From IMG/VR virus record IMGVR_UViG_3300042328_000814, positions 1-57,637 of that record: 57,637 bases of DNA. One strand, 5' to 3'. The DNA comes from a virus (taxonomy: Duplodnaviria; Caudoviricetes). Both the position numbers and the translations under genes were made by a program. A model generated the notes under the pieces. The model made no database searches. It had not been told where the DNA came from and was given only the letters and a program-made list of their open reading frames with translations. Of the stretch, positions 20,469 through 30,220 are shown one piece after another. How positions within the stretch are numbered: position 1 is the first letter of the stretch; every line of letters begins with the position of its first letter.

Positions 20469-20919
20469 ATGCTACTAATCCTACCTTATAAATTGTTTTA
20501 CCATTTTCTTTAACAGCAGTTAGTACTTGCTGCTTGCTACCATAAGATATATGTACCCAACCAGAATCTAGATTACCAGGAGTATAGAACTCTAAAATAA
20601 GTTGCTTGAATTTTAAATGTTGTTCACACCATTTTGCTAGCATATAGTTTGATAGGTTAGTTACTTCTATATCTGCAGCTAGACCTAACACATGATCAGA
20701 TGTTTTTGATCCACCAATTGCTACATTTAATTGTGGACTTCTATACCCACTATTAATAATTACAGTACCAAATTCATCTCTAATAGGTTGTAAAATTTTT
20801 ACTGCTAGTAGAGATAAGTTACTAATTATTAAACTAGAAGGAGTATTATCAATACTATTTCTGATAGCATACTCACTTTTAATTAGTTCTTCTAGTGAAA
20901 AGTTTTTACTTAGTAGCAT
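20467..20919 (-). CDS. endolysin, peptidase M15A family
   Basis: SGYRS..LN..IGG...SDH..G.AAD and WVHIS Zn-peptidase motifs. Confidence 0.88.
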   Translation of the reverse strand: MLLSKNFSLEELIKSEYAIRNSIDNTPSSLIISNLSLLAVKILQPIRDEFGTVIINSGYRSPQLNVAIGGSKTSDHVLGLAADIEVTNLSNYMLAKWCEQHLKFKQLILEFYTPGNLDSGWVHISYGSKQQVLTAVKENGKTIYKVGLVA

Positions 20920-21166
20920 TGAATTCCTTTAAATAATTTTTATAAGAGTTAGATAAAGCCTCTTGTTTTCCATAACACTCCTCAAAAGCCTTTTTGTCTT
21001 TAGCTTTTTGTGCAATAACATCTTCCCAACTAGAAAATGGTTTTTCTAGAACTGATACGGTACACTTTGATGTTATATAGTCTGAGAATTGAGGGGCTTT
21101 TGGTACTGGTGAACAACACCCAGTTATTAATATACAACTACTAACTATTAGGCTTTTTAGTAACAT
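20906..21166 (-). CDS. o-spanin (Rz1-like lipoprotein)
   Basis: Signal peptide with lipobox ITG-C followed by Pro residues; overlaps the i-spanin gene. Confidence 0.72.
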   Translation of the reverse strand: MLLKSLIVSSCILITGCCSPVPKAPQFSDYITSKCTVSVLEKPFSSWEDVIAQKAKDKKAFEECYGKQEALSNSYKNYLKEFNATK

Positions 21167-21491
21167 TATCTATCTCCATCCATGCTTTTGAGAAGTCCTC
21201 TGAAGGAGTACATGGTACATTAGAAAGTGGTTTTTGTTTTATTTTACCAATAATAATATTTAATCTAGCATCTATTTCTGACATATTATTTTTAGCATTA
21301 TTTGCTGCATTCTCAGAAAATTCTTTTACTTTATCAAGTTTACCTTGTATTTTCTCAAATTGTTGTAGTCTTTCTAATTCTACTTTATCTGCTTTATAAC
21401 TATACCCACTAGCAAATCCAAATATTAAAGCAGCTAAAGCCGCTAGTAATATCTGGAAATACTTATTTTTCAGTATTGTTATTAGTTCCAT
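21141..21491 (-). CDS. i-spanin (Rz-like)
   Basis: N-terminal TM helix, coiled coil, C-terminal Cys. Confidence 0.72.
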   Translation of the reverse strand: MELITILKNKYFQILLAALAALIFGFASGYSYKADKVELERLQQFEKIQGKLDKVKEFSENAANNAKNNMSEIDARLNIIIGKIKQKPLSNVPCTPSEDFSKAWMEIDNVTKKPNS

Positions 21492-21717
21492 ACTTAGCTC
21501 CTAAAAACTTATTAGCAAATTTATTGCCAGTTACTATTCCCATGTAGGATAAAGTATACCAAGCTAGACCTTCTAAATCTACTGCTTGTGCTTTTGCTGC
21601 ATGATAAGAAGCATATACAAATACAGCCGTAGCGGCTGTATTTGCTATGTTAAACCAAACCCTTGAACTAGAAAGCTTACCATCTTGGCTATCTTGAACT
21701 AATTCTTTTAACCTCAT
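21463..21717 (-). CDS. putative holin (2 TM)
   Basis: DGKLSSSRVW start, two hydrophobic helices, basic C-tail; adjacent to spanins. Confidence 0.65.
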   Translation of the reverse strand: MRLKELVQDSQDGKLSSSRVWFNIANTAATAVFVYASYHAAKAQAVDLEGLAWYTLSYMGIVTGNKFANKFLGAKYGTNNNTEK

Positions 21718-21718
21718 A

Positions 21719-22207
21719 TTACCATCTAACTACAAATCTAGAATAGTCAGCTTCCATAGCAACTGTGCTAGCAGCAACAATTCTTTTTAACCAGACAATT
21801 AGGTAGCTTCCAGCTGGTATAGTAGTTAAACTAAGTGGAGAAGCACTAGTTGGAATACTAAAGGTAATGCCGGCTGGTGCAGTAGATTCATCTGCAATTG
21901 CTGGGTTTAGTGCCATAGTTAACGAAGTAACTACTGCTCCCAAACCGAAAGATAATGTAACAGTACCACTAGTAGGTTCTGTTTGTAAAAATAGCTCCGC
22001 AGAGATTAAACTCTCTGTAGTGCTTTCATTTTTAATATAAATACACCTATACTCAATATCACCCGCCGAAGCTTCTGCCGTAGTTACAGCATCAAATAGT
22101 GCATTTACAGAACTAGATACTGCTACAGTTGTTGGGTTATCTACAGTTGCTCCAATACTAGGATTGGTAAGGGTTTTTAATATTACTATTTCTGCTAATT
22201 CAGGCAT
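21719..22207 (-). CDS. virion structural/fibre-associated protein
   Basis: LFD.V...EA..GD.EYRC.Y.KN motif typical of phage structural proteins; beta-rich. Confidence 0.6.
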   Translation of the reverse strand: MPELAEIVILKTLTNPSIGATVDNPTTVAVSSSVNALFDAVTTAEASAGDIEYRCIYIKNESTTESLISAELFLQTEPTSGTVTLSFGLGAVVTSLTMALNPAIADESTAPAGITFSIPTSASPLSLTTIPAGSYLIVWLKRIVAASTVAMEADYSRFVVRW

Positions 22208-22214
22208 TTTTTTC

Positions 22215-25200
22215 CTATTCTACTTCCCAAGATATATCTTGAGGATTCCATTGTCTTATAGACCAGTTTAAATCACTAACTACACTATTATTAGTTATAT
22301 ACCAGGTTAAACTGCAGGGTACTATATTAGCTATAGTCCAGTTTAATTCTTTACTTAGTATAGTTCCTATACTCCAATTAACATCTATAACTTTAGTCGG
22401 AGCTAAATCCCATAGAATATCTTGTACAATATATTGTGTTATACTATAATTAATTTCTACTCTTTTCTCGATATAAGGTCTAGTGCCCCAATTTAGTTCT
22501 TGTTGAAGTACTTGGATTGGAGTAGTTGACCAGTTTAGATTAGTAGCAATATTATATGAATTTGGGCCGATGACCCAATTTAGGTCCTGTTCTTTATTAA
22601 TAGTTGATTTACCTATAGACCAGTTTAATTCTTGATACTTTGTAATTATAGGTGGAGCACTAAGCATCGTAAATGCTTTAGTTGGTGGTGTAAAGTTACT
22701 AGTATAACGAGCTGCTTTGGTAACACGTAATTCATCTACTTTAAAGTTATTAGCAGTTGAATTAGAGTAAGGATACCAAAATGGGGACGTAAAATTATAA
22801 GTAAGGGCATTACTCCATTGCTTAATACCAGCTAAGAAAGCAGATAATATACCATCTTTTCGTACATAAGCAATATGTACCCATTGATTTAATGGTACTG
22901 GATCACCTCCAGTAATGGCTCCTGCATTATACGCTGAAAGTCTTCTGGTAGAAGATTGAATTTCAGCTGGTATGGCAGCTTGATTAGTTTGCCATATTCT
23001 AATATCTTGAGTAGCATCTATTAAAAATACTAATGCTTCCATTGTAAAGTCACCAGTGCCTAGTATAAAATCACTAGAATCAACCGAGAATAAACTTCCA
23101 AAGCAATTATTAGAGATTAGAGACCCTACTCCATAACAACTAGCTGTAGTTATTCTAGGTATAGAAGATGTTGTTGTTACAGTATGACCTTTTTCATCGA
23201 TAAATCTTTCTTGCTTACCATAACCTACCCATGTAGTATATAAAGAATTATCGGAATCATTATATACTTGACAAGAATCAGTGGATGTATTATGTATACC
23301 ATGCTTCCCCCTAACGTATGCCTCTATCACACCAAGTGAACAAGCTAGCTCTTTGGTCTCATGCCATTTAGCGGATGCAAAACTAGGTACATGGTATAAA
23401 GGTAAATCATCAAAATGCATTAATAATATAGTACTATCCAAATAAGGGTCATAATTACTAGATATAATAGGTATAGCAGTGCACTGTTTATTATAAAATG
23501 CTTCGGTAGGTATTACACAACTATCTGTAACATTTAAACCAGTACTAATCTTTAACTCATCCATATAACCTTCAAAAAAGCTATCTGTTGGAGGATTATT
23601 GAAAGTCCCTATTCGCCAATCATTCCCTGGTGGCATATAGATGTTGCCTGCTTGAGTTACAGATACTAACTGCACACAGTTAGCTTTTATAGAATAAATA
23701 TTACCAACTCTAGAATACGTTAAAAATACCCACTGTTCTTGAGGAATAGTTGTAGGGCTACTGACTGAAAAATAAGCAGTACCATCTGAAGATATTGTCA
23801 TGTAGGGTTTATCATTATTATCAATACCTATAACAATACCTCTTGAACCAGAACTATTCCATCTACCTAATATATAATGATGATTCCCTACAAAGTCTAA
23901 TCGTACAAAAGCAGATACTTTCCAGTTACCAGTCGCGAGTGAAAGAGCAGCTTCTGGGAAAGTTAAATAACTAGCCCCATTAAGTCTTAAACTTGAGACC
24001 CCAAATTTACTTTGTGCTGTACTTATATATGCACCAGTACTACTTCGCGTTACAGTATGACCTTTTTCATCTATAAAAATATTATTATTATAACTTACTG
24101 ATACGGATCCACCGTAATAACCAGTAAAATTTATAGTACCAGTACTATCACCATTATCATATATAACAGGTATTAGTTGGCTACTACCACTTATAGTGGG
24201 GCAGCCACTCCAATCAGCACTGGGTTGACACCCATTCGCATCACGAATAAAATTAGTAATCTGTATACGAATATCCTCTACAGAATTATATATTCCAGCT
24301 GGTGTATACGTACCACTAACTACATTATAAGCACCAACCGGAGAAATACCATCAAAATGCATAGCAAGCACTACATCATCCCAATAAGGATCACAAAAAT
24401 CACTACCAATACAACTAACATCCATAATCTTAGTCAAATTAGGATACATGCCAGTTGTATAAATTTTAAGTTTACCCTCCCAAGTAGATGCAGGTATAGA
24501 GTATGGAATTTTGTAAGTTCCAGTAGTTAAACCGTCCAGACTCTTTGTATGAACTATGTTGCCTGAGCTATCTTCTATTACTAGCTGTTTAGTAAAAGGT
24601 TCAAAACTTTCAGTTGGTGGAGTAAAATTAGCTGTGTATCTAGCAATACCTTTAGTGATTCTAAAAGAATCGATATATCCGCCAGCTCCTAGTATAGTGC
24701 TACCATATAACTCATAGGAACCAATACAAAATGAAGTTATATATTCTATTAAATCTCTATCAAAGTATCTTATGGATGCTTTATACCCATTTGGGTTAGA
24801 TTCACTTAGTATACCATTACAAAATAAACGTACATTATTACTACTATCTCTTGTAATAGCTACATGATTCCAAGTATTAGTAAATATATTATTATTATAT
24901 ATTGTTTCTGTAGCAAGTATACTAGAAGGTGTTTTATGTTCTAAAGAGACTCCTAGAAATCCATTATATATATGCATGGCTATTCTATTAGTATTAAGTG
25001 CTGTTCCTCCAACTATAGCTAGATTACCCGCACCGAAAATAGAGCCATTAGTGGTGATATCTGATGTATAAAAGAAAAATTCTATAGTCATTTCATTTTC
25101 AAAATGGAAATCACTATTAACATCAGTACATCTTATATATCCTGCTTCACCATAATTTCTACTAGTAGATAGGAGGCTACTAGCCCCAAACTTATGCTGT

Positions 25201-25328
25201 GCTGTAGAAATACTAATATAGCTATTACCTACAGCTACAAATTGGTGATTTTTAGCCGAGTCCGTATAGCCATTATCAAAGTTACATAATAGAGTTACAT
25301 TAGCCCAATATGGATCATAAGTTGGCAT
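22215..25328 (-). CDS. adhesin/fibre with three LamG (ConA-like) domains and C-terminal LNW repeats
   Basis: Three DPY..V.L..xFD-started modules with W.H.A..R and IDxxRITK..ARYT.NFTPPT motifs. Confidence 0.78.
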   Translation of the reverse strand: MPTYDPYWANVTLLCNFDNGYTDSAKNHQFVAVGNSYISISTAQHKFGASSLLSTSRNYGEAGYIRCTDVNSDFHFENEMTIEFFFYTSDITTNGSIFGAGNLAIVGGTALNTNRIAMHIYNGFLGVSLEHKTPSSILATETIYNNNIFTNTWNHVAITRDSSNNVRLFCNGILSESNPNGYKASIRYFDRDLIEYITSFCIGSYELYGSTILGAGGYIDSFRITKGIARYTANFTPPTESFEPFTKQLVIEDSSGNIVHTKSLDGLTTGTYKIPYSIPASTWEGKLKIYTTGMYPNLTKIMDVSCIGSDFCDPYWDDVVLAMHFDGISPVGAYNVVSGTYTPAGIYNSVEDIRIQITNFIRDANGCQPSADWSGCPTISGSSQLIPVIYDNGDSTGTINFTGYYGGSVSVSYNNNIFIDEKGHTVTRSSTGAYISTAQSKFGVSSLRLNGASYLTFPEAALSLATGNWKVSAFVRLDFVGNHHYILGRWNSSGSRGIVIGIDNNDKPYMTISSDGTAYFSVSSPTTIPQEQWVFLTYSRVGNIYSIKANCVQLVSVTQAGNIYMPPGNDWRIGTFNNPPTDSFFEGYMDELKISTGLNVTDSCVIPTEAFYNKQCTAIPIISSNYDPYLDSTILLMHFDDLPLYHVPSFASAKWHETKELACSLGVIEAYVRGKHGIHNTSTDSCQVYNDSDNSLYTTWVGYGKQERFIDEKGHTVTTTSSIPRITTASCYGVGSLISNNCFGSLFSVDSSDFILGTGDFTMEALVFLIDATQDIRIWQTNQAAIPAEIQSSTRRLSAYNAGAITGGDPVPLNQWVHIAYVRKDGILSAFLAGIKQWSNALTYNFTSPFWYPYSNSTANNFKVDELRVTKAARYTSNFTPPTKAFTMLSAPPIITKYQELNWSIGKSTINKEQDLNWVIGPNSYNIATNLNWSTTPIQVLQQELNWGTRPYIEKRVEINYSITQYIVQDILWDLAPTKVIDVNWSIGTILSKELNWTIANIVPCSLTWYITNNSVVSDLNWSIRQWNPQDISWEVE
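22230..22640 (-). repeat. about 10 short (11-16 aa) [ED]LNW[ST]I-type repeats
   Basis: ELNWSI, DLNWVI, NLNWST, ELNWGT, EINYSI, DVNWSI, ELNWTI, DLNWSI in the translation. Confidence 0.75.
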
Positions 25329-25340
25329 TTAATTTCCTAA

Positions 25341-27368
25341 TCATAAGTATAATCCTTCCCAAGACCCTTGTTGCACATTCCAGCCAAAATTAGCATCAAT
25401 GTAAGTGCACCTAATACTACCACCAACATAATCTAATTCTACATTACCAGGAAGTACAGGGTAGGTAGTTCCACCTACTTTTACACTACCAGGTACAATA
25501 GTAACCATATTTGTCCACCAACTATCATCATGCCTAAACCATATCTCATCTCCTATAGAAGGATTCAATGGTAAGCTTAGTCTAATTGGTCCACTAGTGG
25601 TAATAGGCCATATTCTATCTCCAGAAGAAGCAGAGTAGTTACTATATACTTTAATCCAATCAATTGTTGGTGTAGGTAGCACTATTATAGGTTCTTCACC
25701 AGGTTGAGGAGTATCAACTGGTGGGACTGGAACTCCTGGTTCTGAGTACTCTCCAATTCTAAGCTCTACCTCGAAGTTTATACTATCTTTTTGTTCTACT
25801 GAGAAGTAAGATTCAATGCTGGTTTCTCCATTTGTATTAATAAACCCATTAACTGACCATACTGTACCATTTTTACCGAACCAAGTATCTTCTCCGAAAT
25901 TATTACAAAACTCACCAACACTACTTAATAATTGACACTTATAGTGACTTTTTATACGTTCACTACTTAATGGATAGTCATAAAACACTACTTCATCTAT
26001 AGTACCATGAAATCTTGTTCTATATTGTCCACTAGGTTCTCCAGGGTATTCATCTGAACCGCCAATTCTCCATAGTAAACTAGATGCATTAATGGCAAAA
26101 TTTATAGTTTTTGATTCTATCAAGTATCCATTTATCCAAAGCTCACAGCTAGCACTTGGTCTATATACAAATATTAAGTTATACACAGTATCTTTAGCTA
26201 TTAAAAAAGTAAAAATATTATCAGAGTTATAGTCATCACCCTTAGATAGTGCTACAGATACTTCACTAGTTATATTATTATATCTAATACCAAAAGGATG
26301 CTCTGTCCACGTTCCAGCATAATACCTTCTTTGTGCTACTATAGTATAATCTCTACTTATAGAAGTATTAATGTTAGCATCTACTTTAAATGTAACTTCT
26401 ATAGTAAGTCCACTAGTAAAATGAGTGTTAAACCCAGTATTAATATTTGGTGCAGAATAAGAAGTAGTATCACCTGAAAAATATGTTGCTTTGCTCGTAG
26501 GATCAGATGCTAGTAAACCAGTTACAGATGTTGCAGAGAAATTTTCATAACCACCGTGTCTATTGTTTCCACTATAGTCAATTGCAGAAGTTCCAGAAAT
26601 TTCTCCAAGCTTATAATAAGCATATGGATTATCAGCTAATATTTCTTCTTGACAACTAGGTAATACTTGTGCACAATTTGTGAAACCTAGATTAGCATTA
26701 GCAATAGATGTTGCTGAATCTAAATTATTAGTATACTTTGGAAATAGTTCTGCTTTAATAGATGTAGTATTGATTAAAGTGCCTACATCTTTTTTATATA
26801 TAAGCTGAAGTCTATTTTCTAGTGTCATGCCTACATTCATTATTCTACCAGAAGGCACTGAGGCAGAAAGTGTATATTCTATTGTGAATCTATCGCGTTG
26901 TTGTCTATAGTATATTCCTCCAGCTCTTATATAAAATAGCATTATATCACTATTAGTTGTTTCTGACTCACGCTTATCATCGTAACATAACATAGGCGAA
27001 GTACACCCAGCATAACTTAAAGTAGTATAACCAGGTATTATGGCATCATACCAATATAGATTAGTTGTTGTACCTACTAAATATGCAATAACAGGTACCA
27101 TAGAACCATCAAATGTGATAGATAATTCCAATACATTTGATAGCCCACTATTAACTAAAATAGGGATAGCATCAGCTTCATTATTTAGATAAACATTTCC
27201 ACTGGTATACCACCCCTTCCATACTTGTGTATATCTACCTTGTGATGCATCACTTAGTGCTACTCCTCCAAGCTCAAAATCTTCTAATAAATTTAATCTA
27301 TTAGCAGCATCACCTATATTATATACTGTAGGCGACACTGAAGAAGCAAGTACGCCATCTGGTAACAT
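25341..27368 (-). CDS. tail-associated protein with LamG domain
   Basis: ILADNPYAYYKLGE...D.SGN and FHGTIDEV.FY..LS LamG motifs; Pro-rich linker; C-terminal fibre-like domain. Confidence 0.7.
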   Translation of the reverse strand: MLPDGVLASSVSPTVYNIGDAANRLNLLEDFELGGVALSDASQGRYTQVWKGWYTSGNVYLNNEADAIPILVNSGLSNVLELSITFDGSMVPVIAYLVGTTTNLYWYDAIIPGYTTLSYAGCTSPMLCYDDKRESETTNSDIMLFYIRAGGIYYRQQRDRFTIEYTLSASVPSGRIMNVGMTLENRLQLIYKKDVGTLINTTSIKAELFPKYTNNLDSATSIANANLGFTNCAQVLPSCQEEILADNPYAYYKLGEISGTSAIDYSGNNRHGGYENFSATSVTGLLASDPTSKATYFSGDTTSYSAPNINTGFNTHFTSGLTIEVTFKVDANINTSISRDYTIVAQRRYYAGTWTEHPFGIRYNNITSEVSVALSKGDDYNSDNIFTFLIAKDTVYNLIFVYRPSASCELWINGYLIESKTINFAINASSLLWRIGGSDEYPGEPSGQYRTRFHGTIDEVVFYDYPLSSERIKSHYKCQLLSSVGEFCNNFGEDTWFGKNGTVWSVNGFINTNGETSIESYFSVEQKDSINFEVELRIGEYSEPGVPVPPVDTPQPGEEPIIVLPTPTIDWIKVYSNYSASSGDRIWPITTSGPIRLSLPLNPSIGDEIWFRHDDSWWTNMVTIVPGSVKVGGTTYPVLPGNVELDYVGGSIRCTYIDANFGWNVQQGSWEGLYL

Positions 27369-28471
27369 TATAGTGTTTTCCTAGCCCAAGATATTGATGC
27401 ACTTAATGTCATTGTCTTTGTATTATCTTTAGGAATTGGTGGAGAAAAGCTTACTTGAAATGCAGCTCCGAAAGATGACTGAAATAGTATTGCAGATATA
27501 TTACCATTTTGTTGAGAAACTGAATAATTGAAAGTACCACTACAAGTATAAGATCCTGGCACATAAGCATGAGCAGTAAATGTATTCTGACTACTACCTA
27601 TGTTAGAAGTTGGTATTCCAGTTATTGCTCCTAAGGAGCCACTATAGCAATTAGCATAATCATACAGTTTCATATATGAATAACTACCAGAACCAGGTGT
27701 CCAATAACTTGTACTGCCTGCGCCAGCAGCTCTAAGAACAGTAGTATAAGTTATACCACCAATTACTACAGAGCCATTAACATCTGTGAGAGGCGGATAT
27801 AATCTTATTTCATAACTAACATCCAAGATTTCATCTGATAAAATTGTAATAGATCCAGGGGAGCCAATTACAGTAGAAGTCATAGATGCAGATGCAGCAG
27901 TACTACTTGCAGATAGCTGATAAGTACCAGTTCCTCCTGTACCTGTTAAAAATGCTACTACTACTGAACCACTTTCTACATTAGGTCCATCAATAACAGC
28001 ACCTAAAACTATAGATCCTGAGCCTACTGCTGTTACTGTAAGTGTTGTGTTTGAAATACTACCAGTTATTGTAGATTGAGAACCTCCTTGCATAATTAGT
28101 GCACGAGAGAACATATGGGTTGAATCCCAGCCTACTCCTACCTCTCTAAGTGTACCCGCAGCTACACCAACAGCAAATCTAAAATTATAGCGTCTCCATG
28201 CGTAGTAGGGGGGAGATGTTACAGCACCATAGCTATTACCTGTTGGAGCTGCAGTTGCTGAATAAGCTATTGGGGCTACTAATGAAGTCTGTAATACACT
28301 TACAGCTGTTGCACTTGTACCTATAGAACAACCATAAATTGGTTGTGCTGTACCAAGTTTATCTAAGCCAGCATCTAAGATTTCATTGCTAAACCAGTCT
28401 GCTACTAGCCTTTTACTTCCATCTGGCTTAATAGCCTCTATTTTAAATCTTCCTGATAATTCGTTAAGCAA
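27368..28471 (-). CDS. virion structural protein
   Basis: G/S/T-rich beta protein; WF.N.ILD.GL, G.LREVGVG, F.PPIPK motifs. Confidence 0.65.
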   Translation of the reverse strand: MLNELSGRFKIEAIKPDGSKRLVADWFSNEILDAGLDKLGTAQPIYGCSIGTSATAVSVLQTSLVAPIAYSATAAPTGNSYGAVTSPPYYAWRRYNFRFAVGVAAGTLREVGVGWDSTHMFSRALIMQGGSQSTITGSISNTTLTVTAVGSGSIVLGAVIDGPNVESGSVVVAFLTGTGGTGTYQLSASSTAASASMTSTVIGSPGSITILSDEILDVSYEIRLYPPLTDVNGSVVIGGITYTTVLRAAGAGSTSYWTPGSGSYSYMKLYDYANCYSGSLGAITGIPTSNIGSSQNTFTAHAYVPGSYTCSGTFNYSVSQQNGNISAILFQSSFGAAFQVSFSPPIPKDNTKTMTLSASISWARKTL

Positions 28472-29636
28472 GTGTGCCTCCTAATATTTGAGCAGAGACA
28501 TCCATTGCCTCTGGTGAATAATAACTATTACTTCTATAAGCTAATACTACCTGGATTGTTCCAGCTAGAAATTGTGCAGAAGTATCTATAGCTTCTGGTT
28601 GATAAAAACTATTACTTACATAACCTACTACTCTCTGAAGTGTTCCAGACAGAAGTTGAGCAGAGGCATCTATAGCTTCTGGTTGATAAAAACTATTACT
28701 TACATAACCTAATACTCTTTGTAGTGTACCAGATAGAAGTTGTGCAGAAGTATCCATAGCTTCTGGTGTCCAATTGTTATTATAAGTTTGTACTGATGCT
28801 CTTAAAGTACCTGATAAAAGTACTCCAGATATATCTAATGCTTCAGCTTTATCATATGGATTTACTAGCATTCTACCACCTATAATGGTGGCAGATATAC
28901 TCAGTGCTTCTTTATTAACTAAAGGATAAGGCTTACTAGCAAAGTATAGTTTATCATCGTATAGTGGTAATTCTACTGTGACTTCACTCTCATTTATAAA
29001 AGAATAGTATAGTGGTTCATAACTACTTCCTGATAGATATGATATTTTAAATCTACCAGCATATGCCTCTAGAAAATTAAAAGATGAAAAGGTGATGGTT
29101 TCACCCCCTGGGCTATTACATAAATCTAGTGGGCCTGTAGGGTTTACTTGTATTGAGTATTCTGTTGATGGTGTTATAGTTCCACCAGTGCCACCAGACG
29201 CTTTATCATAATAATAGAATATATTTTGAATAAGGAGATCACATGGATTATTATTTTGTATAAATACTACATGTATTCTACCTTGCCACTGTCTAGTATA
29301 GTTAAATACTTGAGCAGTTACTGTACTAGTGCCTATCGGTAATCCTGATATATCTACTTCCGTTACATTAAGTATTCCGCCATCATCATATATTATTATT
29401 GCTGATAATGGATTAAGTATATTTAATACTTTGATATCAAAACGCAAATTAATAATATCACCAACATCACTTAAAGATTCAGTAGATACTAAAGTTAAAT
29501 CATCATAATTTGTACAATTCTTATAGCCACCATTTATTGTATCCCACACACCTGGTGGTGTTACTACCCAACCTCCAGGATCAAAAATTTGAGGGGGAGG
29601 ACTAACCCCTTCTACATACTTCTCCCAAAATTGCAT
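28464..29636 (-). CDS. tail-associated protein with C-terminal 28-aa repeats
   Basis: ORF in the fibre cluster with PEA.D.SAQLLSGTL repeats. Confidence 0.65.
   Translation of the reverse strand: MQFWEKYVEGVSPPPQIFDPGGWVVTPPGVWDTINGGYKNCTNYDDLTLVSTESLSDVGDIINLRFDIKVLNILNPLSAIIIYDDGGILNVTEVDISGLPIGTSTVTAQVFNYTRQWQGRIHVVFIQNNNPCDLLIQNIFYYYDKASGGTGGTITPSTEYSIQVNPTGPLDLCNSPGGETITFSSFNFLEAYAGRFKISYLSGSSYEPLYYSFINESEVTVELPLYDDKLYFASKPYPLVNKEALSISATIIGGRMLVNPYDKAEALDISGVLLSGTLRASVQTYNNNWTPEAMDTSAQLLSGTLQRVLGYVSNSFYQPEAIDASAQLLSGTLQRVVGYVSNSFYQPEAIDTSAQFLAGTIQVVLAYRSNSYYSPEAMDVSAQILGGTLA
28475..28850 (-). repeat. 84-bp tandem coding repeat (4-5 copies)
   Basis: TCTATAGCTTCTGGTTGATAAAAACTATTACTTACATAACCT recurs at 84-bp spacing. 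Confidence 0.85.
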
Positions 29637-29645
29637 AATTAGTCC

Positions 29646-30218
29646 TTATAGTGGCCAGATAATTTGATCAAGCTCTTTTTTACTATTACAGTTATTAATC
29701 ATAGCCCTTAAGTCTCCTGCTACTTTATAAACATAACTAATATGTTCACTAAGTTTAGAAGAAAATAAGGCTATATTCTCTTTTGCCAATACTATATAGC
29801 TATTATCTTGTGCATACCATTTCTCCGTATGTGTTTGATTAATAGCTATAGTATTAAGTAGTCCATTGATTTTGATTTGATCAGATAAAGTACTATTAAA
29901 TACTTTACCATCAAATTTAAATCCACCAAGCTCACTATTACTTCTAGATACTTTTATTTCTTCCCATTTAGAAGTTTTTAGCTCTTCCAAATCTCGAAGG
30001 TCTATCCAACGTAATGTTTCACTATCAAAAGTATGATTAACATTAGGAGGTACTTTTGATATGCCAGTATCTATAACCTTTCCATTATTAAATATACATA
30101 TATTTTTTACATTTACTTCCTGAGTACCAATATCAATAAATCCAGATAATAGCTCAGTACTAGATGATATGTTGTATTCTATAATTAAACCATAGTTATC
30201 TATTTTTATTGACTTCAT
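29646..30218 (-). CDS. DUF4376-like tail fibre-associated protein
   Basis: LEELK..KW.EIK..R....GGF.FDG..F and EL..I.W ending; follows gpJ. Confidence 0.7.
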   Translation of the reverse strand: MKSIKIDNYGLIIEYNISSSTELLSGFIDIGTQEVNVKNICIFNNGKVIDTGISKVPPNVNHTFDSETLRWIDLRDLEELKTSKWEEIKVSRSNSELGGFKFDGKVFNSTLSDQIKINGLLNTIAINQTHTEKWYAQDNSYIVLAKENIALFSSKLSEHISYVYKVAGDLRAMINNCNSKKELDQIIWPL

Positions 30219-30220
30219 AT

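Noticed and set aside
28475-28850. Shufflon/invertible tail-fibre cassette
   Set aside because: Repeats are direct rather than inverted, and no recombinase gene is present in the window
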